Part shown: in pieces, positions 8,801 through 18,134 of the stretch | Layout: each line of letters begins with the position of its first letter | Position numbering within the stretch: the first letter of the stretch is position 1 | From: a virus | Lineage: Duplodnaviria > Caudoviricetes | IMG/VR virus record: IMGVR_UViG_3300042465_005116 | Location: 32,001 to 96,000 of that record | Strand: one strand, 5' to 3' | Length of the DNA: 64,000 nt | Notes under the pieces: generated by a model | Told to the model about the DNA's origin: nothing | Database searches by the model: none | What the model saw: only the letters and a program-made list of their open reading frames with translations | Made by a program: the position numbers and the translations under genes

Positions 8801-10763
8801 CTCGTGGTGTTTCTTCTTCATCATAGTTAAATTCACCATCGTAATCTAGTATCTTTACAGGTAATTTTTTACCATATGCAGTAAATGACATTAAACGAGT
8901 ATTTCCTGCTAATAAATGCAATTTACCATTCTTATCTCTTAATACTAATGGTGGAGGAACATCACTACCACCTTCAATACCTTTTTCTAATCTATCCCAA
9001 TCTTTACCATATTCATCTGCAAGTTCTTTACCTCTTGCTTTCATCGAATCTTTGCCACCCTCTTCACTTGCCGAAAGAATATCACCAACATCAGTATTAC
9101 TCATGTTTTGTAGTTCTTCAGATGAGATATAAACAGGTTTAGCATCTTTCATTTTTTGAATCATTTCTGATTCATCTTTAAATGCGTTTGGTGCAACTTT
9201 CTTAGTTACATCATTTTCAAAATATTCACCCGTTTCACCTTTATATTCTTCATCACTATAATCTCTGATGGTGGTTACTTTTGCTCTATCATCATCTAAA
9301 ATTTCCCAACCATCTTTTCCACTTGTCCAATCTTCAGCCGGTTCTTTTGTAGGTTCTTGTTTTGGTTCTTCTTTAGGTTGTTTAACACTTTTATCGTGTT
9401 TAAACATATCCGCCCCTTGTACTGCTTGACCAGTTGGTTTAGCTTCACCACCCTTATCATCTCCCCCAATAGGACTATATTTTCCACTATCATCTTTTTT
9501 AAATAGTGGTGCACCTTCTACATCTTTTTTACTTTTTTCTTTGTATTTACCATACCCAACGTGCACGTATTTATCATCTTCGCCATCACTTTCAAATAGT
9601 GAATCTAATAAATCAGAATAATCAGATATTAATTCTGAAATAGAATCTTTTTGTTTTACTTTCTTTTTCAATCGTTTTTCCACCTTTTCAATTTTTTCAA
9701 TATCTTGAGTTACATCAACATCATCGAAACCAAATGGATATGTAGTTGGTTTATTCAAACTTCTAGCGTTGTTTTTTGATTTGATTTTAAATGTTATTTG
9801 GTTTTCATCATCTGCTGCGTAAATTGCATCTGCTTTAGGGAAATCAGTTTGAGTATAACCACCCCTAACAAACCACTCATCACTACTATTAACACCATCA
9901 TCTCCACCCAATACTCTTGCTTTACCTTTTGGTAGGTATCCACCATCTGGTTGTGAATCTTCTCCACCAGAAACTGTTGCTGCTTCTTTAAAAATATTTT
10001 GTTTTGGTATTATTCTAAATGTAGCTACTTTTTTACCATTAATGGTTGGCATTCCATGTTCATCTTTGCCAATTGATTTAACTACTGTTTTTTTATTTTT
10101 AAATTTACCCATTAAAATAGTATCGCCTATTTCAACATCTAATTTAATTTCTTCTTTTATAGATTCACTCAATTTATCCAATTTAAGTGTAATCAATTTA
10201 AATATTTTTTCATCAAACTTTGGATATGCTTTTAAAAATCCTGCTTTCCTTTGTTCTTCATCGCCCTTGCTTAACCAATTTCGTACATTAGTACCGGATA
10301 TTGGGTTTGATTGTGAGGGGGAAACGTATACATAACCTTTATCTTTATATCCTTGTTCTATCTTACCTTTATATTTCTCAAAATACTTTCCACCCAATCT
10401 CATCTCATCTTTTTCACCAACAACACTTATATAACCAGTTGTAGTTTCATCAAAGTTTTTTAAGATTTCAGTTGGTGCATAAGGATTCTTAATCTCAACT
10501 ATTTTGTTTGATGGAATACCAAACATTTTAGTCATGATTATTTTCTTTTCCTTAAAATTAAATGGAGATTGTCTATTATCGGTTTTATTAGATGTTCCAA
10601 TAAACACTTTATCCTTACCAAACTTTTTACAAAGATTTTGATAAGTTGCGTAGTGACCCTTATGAAAAGGCTGGAATCTGCCTGAATATACTACAACAAA
10701 GTTGCGTAATTCAGTTTCTTCTAATAAAATTTGATTGACAAGATATTGACTTAGTTCATTCAT
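5811..10763 (-). CDS. Large multidomain protein: N-terminal cytidyltransferase-like (HIGH) domain, ParB-like domain, HEXXH motif, C-terminal ATP-dependent-ligase-like domain
   Basis: YSGRFQPFHKGH...ISGTNVR (nucleotidyltransferase), PPPLVLRDKNGKLHLLAGNTRL (ParB/Srx-like), ILHEITH, EKTDGQ...EGIVF...FK (ligase motifs I/IV/V-like). Confidence 0.7.
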   Translation of the reverse strand: MNELSQYLVNQILLEETELRNFVVVYSGRFQPFHKGHYATYQNLCKKFGKDKVFIGTSNKTDNRQSPFNFKEKKIIMTKMFGIPSNKIVEIKNPYAPTEILKNFDETTTGYISVVGEKDEMRLGGKYFEKYKGKIEQGYKDKGYVYVSPSQSNPISGTNVRNWLSKGDEEQRKAGFLKAYPKFDEKIFKLITLKLDKLSESIKEEIKLDVEIGDTILMGKFKNKKTVVKSIGKDEHGMPTINGKKVATFRIIPKQNIFKEAATVSGGEDSQPDGGYLPKGKARVLGGDDGVNSSDEWFVRGGYTQTDFPKADAIYAADDENQITFKIKSKNNARSLNKPTTYPFGFDDVDVTQDIEKIEKVEKRLKKKVKQKDSISELISDYSDLLDSLFESDGEDDKYVHVGYGKYKEKSKKDVEGAPLFKKDDSGKYSPIGGDDKGGEAKPTGQAVQGADMFKHDKSVKQPKEEPKQEPTKEPAEDWTSGKDGWEILDDDRAKVTTIRDYSDEEYKGETGEYFENDVTKKVAPNAFKDESEMIQKMKDAKPVYISSEELQNMSNTDVGDILSASEEGGKDSMKARGKELADEYGKDWDRLEKGIEGGSDVPPPLVLRDKNGKLHLLAGNTRLMSFTAYGKKLPVKILDYDGEFNYDEEETPRDTPKVDINKNAPMALQKIKDGVKNWSIDEKQFFIQKVHKGESPERRSFGEAVKDKAKGALEAIKHGAKHEVHLFKEAGSGVKNFFSGGKVSDSEKKALISVAKKVALAATFGAAGGGLAHGAAAFGKHLMVEFIPHIVVETIAIGAGKAALFAGEEESDADMLKFIAIISKKLESAKIPNEVMASAIESFNSNKDEKGDIKENYYYDGTVNNYADWARTHSRKYDNKKANFKVKDSGQDDLEEIAVQVDDIPNEPLTEVKKESVVNYYKEICKDLKIKPIAIKFGSVGRAGAATTFDTKTFIPEYITFDLSKVTDIERAILHEITHQILLVKQQNPFHNCHKNIGFKKLENKLIDRYFYSSQSAVLREKVKVEMAKTDMDAVEKYADSQMNPTDVDLGKETDHFFQRLNDPRNGKEISPAELTGLFKRLARNKKKFLEFLKQYKEFVVKDRVSNINIAFIKVANRLIAKTVMRKADFKSSTPVFTTESINEAERNIVKKEINAIFKKNRIKKVESYSTSVRGFRKYEGSGYEYNGAGSVSLINMKPNVVKDLANQMKQVGVIVKDVYSNGIDFDSKELDWDLLSLNTESINESLIMEGGAYGHMNHPFDTEINLTFGQLKDIVNRALDGNLEFAREKTDGQALAISWIDGRLVAARNKSHLKNKGAGALDINGVADKFAGRGELTDAYNFAMKDLSNAIKSLSQSQKDKVFKNGSCFMNIEVIYPTSVNVIPYGQPLLVFHGTMEYDENGDAIGESAEAGRVLGGMLKQVNADVQSKYTLQGPPVLKLPKSQDLSSKKGKYLTMISKLQKEFGLGDTAGVADYHQAWWENFVDKKTPTTLDNATKMGLVKRWAFNEKGFRIDKNSIKDEKTLAWATKIDKEDHKGISKDNLMKFEDIFLGVGADVLEFTASVLTVNPDSALRDMKKRLEQTIKDVQASGDPKKIDKLKLELKRLNAIGGAKRIVPIEGIVFVYNGQTFKLTGAFASLNQLLGIFYA

Positions 10764-10784
10764 TTGTGTAGTACTCTATTAGTG

Positions 10785-10792
10785 TATAAATA
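10785..10792 (-). promoter_or_regulatory. Candidate late promoter motif TATTTATA
   Basis: Intergenic, 22 nt upstream of ATG at 10763. Confidence 0.55.
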
Positions 10793-10807
10793 TGAATGAG
10801 TTAAGAA

Positions 10808-10927
10808 TTAGTGATTTTTATAAACGAATGGGTCTCTTTTACGGAGTTCTTCTAAACGTTTTTTATATTGTTTTTTTAATTTACGTTGTTTGAACCAATC
10901 TGTTATTTTTTTAATAAGCTTTTTCAT
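10808..10927 (-). CDS. Small basic hypothetical protein, 39 aa (below ORF-track cutoff)
   Basis: Manual translation MKKLIKKITDWFKQRKLKKQYKKRLEELRKRDPFVYKNH*; fills the gap and overlaps the upstream gene end. Confidence 0.6.
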   Translation of the reverse strand: MKKLIKKITDWFKQRKLKKQYKKRLEELRKRDPFVYKNH

Positions 10928-12320
10928 TAATAGTTTTTTTTAAGTTAATTATAAATTCACTTTCAATTTCATCTTTATTATTTGCGTATTCAAACAATAA
11001 ATTTCTATTATAAATAAGTATTTCAAAAATTGATTTATACCACTCATTTAATTCTTCAAAAGATAATGAATTTAATCTCATAATTTCGGCATATATGGAT
11101 TCCATACGTTCTGCATCATCTTTTATATTATCATACTCTTCATTTATAAATGGAGAAAATGTTTTAAATCCTAATTTTTTTAATTCAACAAGTGCACCTG
11201 ACTTATTAACCATTATAAATGGTTGTAAGTGTCCAATTGGTTTCCATGTCTTTTCGGAAAGATATAATCCGGTTTCATAAAAATTAGTTTCTGATAAAAT
11301 ATGAATATATGAATTTAAATAAGGTTCTTTATTTTCAAAATTAAATCCCCAAACTGATTCTATATCGTCATAATCAATTGTTTGTTTTTTTAGTTTAATT
11401 ATATTTTGAAATTCTTTATATGCACTTAATGCTAAATTACTAGTGTGTAAATGATGTGAAAAAAATGAAAGATTATTTTCTCTTTCAAACATATCAATAT
11501 CAAATGAAACTAAATTTTCTTTTATAAAATCAATACCTAATAATGAAAGTAATGTAATACGTTGTGGTCTTAATCGTCTATTCATAAATAAAAATTTATG
11601 TTTTCTAATAGAAAAATTAATATCACTTTCTTTTACAATAGTACTTGTATTATTAACGTGTTCCCAAAAATTATCCTTTACTCCATTAAAAATTTGTTGC
11701 ATTTCTAATGATTTCATTCTTAATGACCATCCCCAATAAATTACTTTCATTTTATCAGTAATATTATTTTCTAAACAAATTTTATTGTGCAGTTCCTCAA
11801 TATCAACACTAGAAATTGTGAATATAACTTTATTAGCGGGAATTTCATATTTTTTAAACAATTCGTATAAATACACTATTAAATGCTCTTCAAATACACC
11901 TTCAGTTGAAAAATTAATATGTAAATAAAAATTAGGTGTATTTTTTATTTCTGTTAATGCATGGGTTGATATAAAATCTATAAAATTCCATTCTGAAAAT
12001 TGAGTTTGTTTTCCTAAAAATTGTGAAAAACTTCCAAATGGTTCTACTAAATATACAAAACTTTTATTACTTTTTATTCTAATATCATAATACTCATTGA
12101 AGGATAATTTAGTATATAAGTTTGTATTTAAATTTAAATTTGCATTATAAACGGGTGGTTGTAAATAATTTTTAAAAAAATGTTCACTAACTGAACTATT
12201 TACTTCCCCACCTTCTTCAAAAAATTTGTAAGAATAAAAATAATTAAACGCGTTTGGAATCCAACCAGATGGGCCAAAGAAATCATAAACTGCGTGAAAA
12301 TTATCAATCGTATTATGCAT
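10911..12320 (-). CDS. Putative glycosyltransferase-like protein (paralog 1 of 3, SET-x-TEK-QPF-LGFKTF family)
   Basis: KFLFMNRRLRPQR and SETNFY..LSEKTWKPIGHLQPFIM..LGFKTF..EYD shared with 15543..16733 and 21505..22941; TEK motif reminiscent of GT10. Confidence 0.45.
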   Translation of the reverse strand: MHNTIDNFHAVYDFFGPSGWIPNAFNYFYSYKFFEEGGEVNSSVSEHFFKNYLQPPVYNANLNLNTNLYTKLSFNEYYDIRIKSNKSFVYLVEPFGSFSQFLGKQTQFSEWNFIDFISTHALTEIKNTPNFYLHINFSTEGVFEEHLIVYLYELFKKYEIPANKVIFTISSVDIEELHNKICLENNITDKMKVIYWGWSLRMKSLEMQQIFNGVKDNFWEHVNNTSTIVKESDINFSIRKHKFLFMNRRLRPQRITLLSLLGIDFIKENLVSFDIDMFERENNLSFFSHHLHTSNLALSAYKEFQNIIKLKKQTIDYDDIESVWGFNFENKEPYLNSYIHILSETNFYETGLYLSEKTWKPIGHLQPFIMVNKSGALVELKKLGFKTFSPFINEEYDNIKDDAERMESIYAEIMRLNSLSFEELNEWYKSIFEILIYNRNLLFEYANNKDEIESEFIINLKKTINEKAY

Positions 12321-12858
12321 AGTATAATTCAGGGTATTCTGCTAATACATGAATACCAATATTTTCGGTTGCGTATTTATATGATAATTCAACGTCTTGC
12401 CAAGTCTTTAAATCGTGAAATTCTATATTAGGACACATTGATTTAAATTCATCTATATAATTTCCTTTATGTTGATGACCAGGGTCTAATGGTTTATCAG
12501 AACCCTTACCTACTCTAATTAAAATATGAGGATTCCATTGACCATTTGACATTTTCTTAATTTTATCTAAATGATTTACCAATTGATTTGATGCACAAAT
12601 TAAAAAATCCCAACGAGGATAAAATGTAACAACTTTATGACCAGCCATAGCTAATCCTAAACTCATACCTAATTGAGTCTCTTCCATTACTGGAGTTTCT
12701 ATCATTTTTTCTTTTGGTAATCCCTCAATTGTTTTTGACATTGGATTTCCATAATAAACTATTTGTTGACCAATAAATATAGTTGATTCATCTTGCATAA
12801 TAGTTTTCATAGCAGTTGTCAATGCATCAACATATGGTGTAAATTGTGGTGTACTCAT
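12313..12858 (-). CDS. TPP-dependent enzyme, E1-beta/transketolase pyrimidine-binding domain (truncated, no C-terminal domain)
   Basis: ETPVMEETQLGMSLGLAMAG, DFLICASNQLVNHLDK, IRVGKG..GHQH. Confidence 0.85.
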   Translation of the reverse strand: MSTPQFTPYVDALTTAMKTIMQDESTIFIGQQIVYYGNPMSKTIEGLPKEKMIETPVMEETQLGMSLGLAMAGHKVVTFYPRWDFLICASNQLVNHLDKIKKMSNGQWNPHILIRVGKGSDKPLDPGHQHKGNYIDEFKSMCPNIEFHDLKTWQDVELSYKYATENIGIHVLAEYPELYYA

Positions 12859-12866
12859 TTTTTAAT

Positions 12867-13592
12867 TTAATTTGGTTGCCAATTATCTTTTTTTAATTTT
12901 TTAATTATTGATTCTGCGACACATTTATGTCCTTTTAGATTAAGATGTATATCATTTTTTTGTAATCCTTGTGATACAAAATCAGATGCTATTGTTACAT
13001 TGTATTCATCTCTATGTAGAAAGTATTCAAATGAATTTTTTGTATCACCATCTATTTCTATATCAACATGTCTATCTTTAAAATATTTTTGATATAATGG
13101 ATGATTTGGAAATTCTTCATACCAACTAAGTGTTACAACTTTAACACCCTCCGATTCCCATTTAGTAATTTCATTATTTACAAATTCAATTTGCTGTTCT
13201 ATTGACATTACATCACCAGTCAACCAACCTTCCTTTGTACGAATTTTATTTACATAATCTCTATATTGTGATGTAAATTGATATATTATTAATCCCATTT
13301 TTGATATTGGTAGATTAACTGTTTCCTGTAAATAACCATTTACATAATCTTCTATATTTCTTACATTTGAACCACCATTTCCACTATTAGCAATATCCCA
13401 CATTTTGTATTCATTTGCTACGATTCTTAAAAATCTATTTTCATCTTTAAACTTAATGTGGTCTTCAGTTAGGGTGTAATCAAATCGATGATATTCTTTT
13501 AACGCTGGTAAATCTGGTAGATTACTATAAAAATATAATCCCTCACCCCACGTGAACGAACAACCGATACCCAATACACCCTTTGTATTCAT
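12867..13592 (-). CDS. SGNH/GDSL-like hydrolase (possible O-acyl transferase/esterase)
   Basis: Block I GCSFTWGEG, block II GNGGSN, block V DIHLNLKGH. Confidence 0.68.
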   Translation of the reverse strand: MNTKGVLGIGCSFTWGEGLYFYSNLPDLPALKEYHRFDYTLTEDHIKFKDENRFLRIVANEYKMWDIANSGNGGSNVRNIEDYVNGYLQETVNLPISKMGLIIYQFTSQYRDYVNKIRTKEGWLTGDVMSIEQQIEFVNNEITKWESEGVKVVTLSWYEEFPNHPLYQKYFKDRHVDIEIDGDTKNSFEYFLHRDEYNVTIASDFVSQGLQKNDIHLNLKGHKCVAESIIKKLKKDNWQPN

Positions 13593-14584
13593 TATGGTTT
13601 TGAATTTGGATTATATAAATGTTTATTTGCTTTATACCACTCAATGGTTTCTTTAAGAGCTTCTTTTAGATTTCTCTTTGGTTTCCATCCTAAATCATTA
13701 ATCTTTTTAGAAGATAATAATCGGATAGGAATCATTGGTGCCTTATTATTTACAAATTCAATTGGGTTAGTATTACCATCTAATTCTTTAATGGTTGCAA
13801 GTGTTTCATTTACTGTAAATCCTTCACCATAACATACATTAAAAATATCGTATGTATCATTATTCTCTGCTACAAAGATAAACCCATCTGCCATATCTTC
13901 AACGTGTAGTAAATCTCGTACTTCCGTTCCATCACCCCAAACTGGTATTGGATTTAAACCATCTGCTACTTTACGAATGTTTGCCGGAGTAACGTGACAC
14001 TTTTCAAAATCAAACTTATCATTTGGGCCGAATGCGTTTGAAGGTCTAACAATTAAACATTGCATTGGTTCGTGAATTTGGTTAGAAAAGAAATCACATA
14101 ACATTTCGCCATATCTTTTCATACCACCAACTGCTTTGTAAACTGGTAACATAGGAGTTGCGTGAATATTCATATCCTCAGTACAAAATTCAGTACCCAT
14201 ATCTGGATACGTTGTGTTTGATGAAATAAATAAAAATTTACGAACTTTGTTTTTCCAACTTTGCTCTAATAAATTTACATTCATCTCTACATTTGGAGTA
14301 ACGTGTAATAGTGGATTAAATTTAGTATCCAATGCGTTTGATGTGTTTGCTGCACAATGGAATACTACATCAACATCTTTACTGATTAACTGACAAAACT
14401 CTGCAGTTTGTAAATCACCTTTGATATGTTCTATTTCCGATGTTCCTTCAAAATCGTTTCTCAAATCTCTACTGAAAGAGGTTGAGCGAAGGTTTCGATA
14501 ACCCTTCTCATATAATAATCTTAATAAATGTGAACCTATAAATCCACTTGCACCCGTAACTAAAACTTTGTCTGTTTTTTTCAT
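13592..14584 (-). CDS. NAD-dependent epimerase/reductase (GDP-L-fucose synthase-like extended SDR)
   Basis: VLVTGASGFIG, VFHCAA, RPSNAFGP, VWGDGTEVRDLLHVED. Confidence 0.9.
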   Translation of the reverse strand: MKKTDKVLVTGASGFIGSHLLRLLYEKGYRNLRSTSFSRDLRNDFEGTSEIEHIKGDLQTAEFCQLISKDVDVVFHCAANTSNALDTKFNPLLHVTPNVEMNVNLLEQSWKNKVRKFLFISSNTTYPDMGTEFCTEDMNIHATPMLPVYKAVGGMKRYGEMLCDFFSNQIHEPMQCLIVRPSNAFGPNDKFDFEKCHVTPANIRKVADGLNPIPVWGDGTEVRDLLHVEDMADGFIFVAENNDTYDIFNVCYGEGFTVNETLATIKELDGNTNPIEFVNNKAPMIPIRLLSSKKINDLGWKPKRNLKEALKETIEWYKANKHLYNPNSKP

Positions 14585-14587
14585 AAC

Positions 14588-15553
14588 TTATTTTTTGTAT
14601 TCATTTAAATAATAATCAATTGTATGTCTTAATCCTGTCTTTAAGGATATTTTTTGTTTAATTCCAAATGATTCTGCTCTTTCAGTGCTCATTAATCTTT
14701 TCTCATCACCATTTGGTTTTGTTGGGTCCCAGTTTATTTCAACTTTTTCACCATACATCTCTTCGTATATTTCTACAAGAGTTTCTGCAAGTTGTTTAAT
14801 TGTTACACCTGTTCCACTACCTAAATTTATTGGTTGTGTTAATTTTTGTTCGTATGCCTGAATAATTCCATCAGCAACATCTCCTGCATAGATAAAATCT
14901 CTAATTGGAGAACCATCTCCCCAACATACTAATGGATGTTCTTTTTCACCAAATAAACGTTTGATTAGGGATGCAATGACGGTAGATTCTGGACTAAAGT
15001 TATCGTGTCTACCATAAATGTTTGCCGGTCTTACAATTGATACTTTATTCCAATCGTATGATACTGAATATACTTCTGCTTGAAGTTCTCCAAGTCTCTT
15101 AGCCCAACCTGCGTATTTATCCTTTTCTGATGGGAACGTTTTCCAAACATCATCTTCATAAAATACTTCCGCCGGTTGATATACTCCAACTGTCGATGTG
15201 TAAACATACCATTCTACATTTTCTAAACGTGCAGCTTCCATCATATTGGTATTAAACTGCAACATTGGTACGAAATAATCTGCGGGTTGTTCGGCTGCTC
15301 TTTTTGGAGAACCCTTTACGCCTGCAATGTGGAAAATTATATCCTGCCCTTCAACTACTCTTTTACAATTTTTGAATTCTCTCAAATCAGCTTTAATAAA
15401 CTGATAGTTATCTACATTGTATTTTTCTAATTGATTTTCGGGAGTATTAATATCCACTGCGGTTACAAATGCTCCTCTTTGAATACATTTGTCAACCATA
15501 TAATTACCAACTAAGCCGTTGGCACCTGTTATCAAAACCTTTTTACCATTCAT
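14588..15553 (-). CDS. NAD-dependent epimerase/reductase (GDP-sugar epimerase-like extended SDR)
   Basis: VLITGANGLVG, IFHIAG, RPANIYG, WGDGSPIRDFIYAGD, INLGSG. Confidence 0.9.
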   Translation of the reverse strand: MNGKKVLITGANGLVGNYMVDKCIQRGAFVTAVDINTPENQLEKYNVDNYQFIKADLREFKNCKRVVEGQDIIFHIAGVKGSPKRAAEQPADYFVPMLQFNTNMMEAARLENVEWYVYTSTVGVYQPAEVFYEDDVWKTFPSEKDKYAGWAKRLGELQAEVYSVSYDWNKVSIVRPANIYGRHDNFSPESTVIASLIKRLFGEKEHPLVCWGDGSPIRDFIYAGDVADGIIQAYEQKLTQPINLGSGTGVTIKQLAETLVEIYEEMYGEKVEINWDPTKPNGDEKRLMSTERAESFGIKQKISLKTGLRHTIDYYLNEYKK

Positions 15554-16733
15554 TTTCTATTGAATTTAAAATTTTACTAAATTCATCTACTTCCCAAAAG
15601 GTTTGTAGATGTTTTTTATTATATATACATATATCTAAAACTGATTTATAGTTTTTTTCACACTCCTCTAATGACCACTCACTAATTTGGGTTATTAAAT
15701 CAAATATTTTTATTAATCGGTCTTCATTATCAATAATTGAATCATATTTTTCATCCCAAATAGAATCGAATGTTTTGAATCCTAATTCTTTTAATTTTTT
15801 TAAATAATTTGGCGATGATAAAACTATAAATGGTTGTAAACACATTATTGGTTTTAATATTTTTTCCGTAAAAAATATTTGACCATCAGTAAAACACGTT
15901 TCTGTTACAATATGAAAATATGAATCTAAATAATGTTGTTTAAAAAAAGTGTTTCCAACATGGAATCCTTGAATTGATTTTAATCTATTTTGGGTATCCA
16001 ACTCCATTGGTATCTTTGATGTTACCGATTCCTTATATTTTTCTAAATATTTTAATTTTTCAAAATTATTTTCATGCAAATTCATTAATAATGAAAACAA
16101 TGATTTTTTATATAAATTTTCTTTTTCAAAAAATAATGATAAATAGTATCTATGAGGGCGTTGTGAATTTCTATTTAAACATAAAAAATGTTTATTTCGA
16201 TGTGTAATATTACGCACTTCTTCAATGGTCGGTATATCTGATATATAATTTAAATCGTTTAATTCATTTGGATGGTAATTACACATCACAATAAAATGTA
16301 GAGTTGTAAATATTTTAAAATTAGTATTTGTATCTAAAAAATTTTGATTTGAATCCAATAAAATTAAATGAGTTTCATCTAATTCAAATCTATTCAATTC
16401 TTTTATTAAATTATCAAAAAAATCAGATACTATTTCTGTTGCCTCTGCAATTGAGGCCAATAAAATTTTAGTTTTGTTTTGTTTTATTGTTTCAATAAAT
16501 TCTATTGGTAAGGTATCTAATAATGTTTTACCATTTTTATCTTTTCTATAAAAATCTCGTAATGATTCTCTACATTCTAATAAAAATATATTTTTGGTAG
16601 ATGTTGTTTTGTAATTAAAACTTTTATCAAAATTTGGATTATTTATAATATAGTTATACATGCCGGATTGATGAAATAATTCACTTCCATTTGATTCATC
16701 ATTACCAAATACAAAATTTAACGTATTACTCAT
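15543..16733 (-). CDS. Putative glycosyltransferase-like protein (paralog 2 of 3)
   Basis: HFLCLNRNSQRPHR; VTETCF..FFTEKILKPIMCLQPFIV..LGFKTF..EKYD. Confidence 0.45.
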   Translation of the reverse strand: MSNTLNFVFGNDESNGSELFHQSGMYNYIINNPNFDKSFNYKTTSTKNIFLLECRESLRDFYRKDKNGKTLLDTLPIEFIETIKQNKTKILLASIAEATEIVSDFFDNLIKELNRFELDETHLILLDSNQNFLDTNTNFKIFTTLHFIVMCNYHPNELNDLNYISDIPTIEEVRNITHRNKHFLCLNRNSQRPHRYYLSLFFEKENLYKKSLFSLLMNLHENNFEKLKYLEKYKESVTSKIPMELDTQNRLKSIQGFHVGNTFFKQHYLDSYFHIVTETCFTDGQIFFTEKILKPIMCLQPFIVLSSPNYLKKLKELGFKTFDSIWDEKYDSIIDNEDRLIKIFDLITQISEWSLEECEKNYKSVLDICIYNKKHLQTFWEVDEFSKILNSIENEW

Positions 16734-17734
16734 TATTTTCTAATTATTTTTTTTATAGAATTTCTAACAAATTTATTTTCATGTTTAAAACTATCAAATA
16801 AAGATTCGTTTTGTATATATCTCTTTTGACACATTTTATCAAACATAGTATCACCTAATAATATTTGTTGATGTGATATTACTAAGTCTGAAATATTATC
16901 TTTGATATATTGCTTTATTCCATCTACTATTTTTTGTTTATTTTCAAAATCAGATTCAGTTATTTCCCAATCACTATTTACAAATTTACCATCTATTAAA
17001 TCAATATATGTCCCAACTTTATCCACAAAAACAGATTCAAAAAAGATTATATTATCTTTAAATTTTGATTCGTAAAATGGATATAATCCAATTGCATCTT
17101 TTATAGGTAAATTACCTTTATATGTAAAATACTTGCCTCTGAATTTATAACCATAAATTTTTTCTAAATAGTATTGAGTAGTTCCTTGATATCCACTATC
17201 TACCATTAAAATATTTTGTGCCGAACCAATTGTTGTATCAATATACTCTTTATATTCAATTTGAAGTTTTTTTGATTTTGTTATAATTAATTCAACCCAA
17301 TCACTTAAATCTGGCAATCCCTTTGTTGTATCAATCCATTGTTTTGGAACGTTTATTTTAATACCAAATCTATCAAATAATAAATCATTTATATCACCTT
17401 CATATCTGTGTAACTCAAACGATTTATATATTTCAATTTCAGTTGTAAACGATATCATTGATGCTAATTTACGAGAAGTTTTAAAATACACACTATTTGG
17501 CAATTTGTATTTATCTTTATAGGTTTCCCATATATTTTTTAAAAAATATCCTTCTCTGGAATTAAATAGAATTAAATCTGCTCCATCTAAATTATCAATT
17601 AACCATTTAAAATAATTGAATACCAATGGGCCAAAGAATATATATCCTAAATCAAATACTGATTTTGGATTTTTAGTATGTTCTTTATCTAAAAAATTAT
17701 AATCCATAAACTTTGAAACATGATATTCCAACAC
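16733..17734 (-). CDS. Protein resembling the C-terminal region of HAD-associated proteins of polysaccharide loci
   Basis: FNSREGYFL and MVDSGYQGTTQ motifs; real start may be ATG at 17707. Confidence 0.45.
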   Translation of the reverse strand: MLEYHVSKFMDYNFLDKEHTKNPKSVFDLGYIFFGPLVFNYFKWLIDNLDGADLILFNSREGYFLKNIWETYKDKYKLPNSVYFKTSRKLASMISFTTEIEIYKSFELHRYEGDINDLLFDRFGIKINVPKQWIDTTKGLPDLSDWVELIITKSKKLQIEYKEYIDTTIGSAQNILMVDSGYQGTTQYYLEKIYGYKFRGKYFTYKGNLPIKDAIGLYPFYESKFKDNIIFFESVFVDKVGTYIDLIDGKFVNSDWEITESDFENKQKIVDGIKQYIKDNISDLVISHQQILLGDTMFDKMCQKRYIQNESLFDSFKHENKFVRNSIKKIIRK

Positions 17735-18134
17735 TATTCCACATTTGTATTATTTCTTCATCATCATCATAAGCACAGAATACGTCTGATTTGATTATAG
17801 TTTCATATACTTTCTTTTTATACACCGATGCTTTTAAAAAATATGAACTACGATTTCGCATAATTAATTGGTCGTATTCTATTTCATATTTTTTTAACCA
17901 TTCTTCCGTAACGCTTTTAACTGATTCTGGTCTTCCTGTTAAAATAATAACTTCAAATCCATCTTTTTTATATTTTTTTGCCAAATCAATCATAGGATAT
18001 AATGGTTTATCATTTTTTATAAGTTCTACACTATGTGCAATATCCCAATTAATTTTTCCGTTTTCTTTTTTTGCTATAGCAAATCTTTCATTACTAATAC
18101 AAAGTGTATTATCTATATCAATTATTACTTTCAT
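17697..18134 (-). CDS. HAD-family phosphatase (T4 PseT 3'-phosphatase-like)
   Basis: IIDIDNTL motif I, ILTGRP motif II, YDDD motif IV. Confidence 0.85.
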   Translation of the reverse strand: MKVIIDIDNTLCISNERFAIAKKENGKINWDIAHSVELIKNDKPLYPMIDLAKKYKKDGFEVIILTGRPESVKSVTEEWLKKYEIEYDQLIMRNRSSYFLKASVYKKKVYETIIKSDVFCAYDDDEEIIQMWNSVGISCFKVYGL

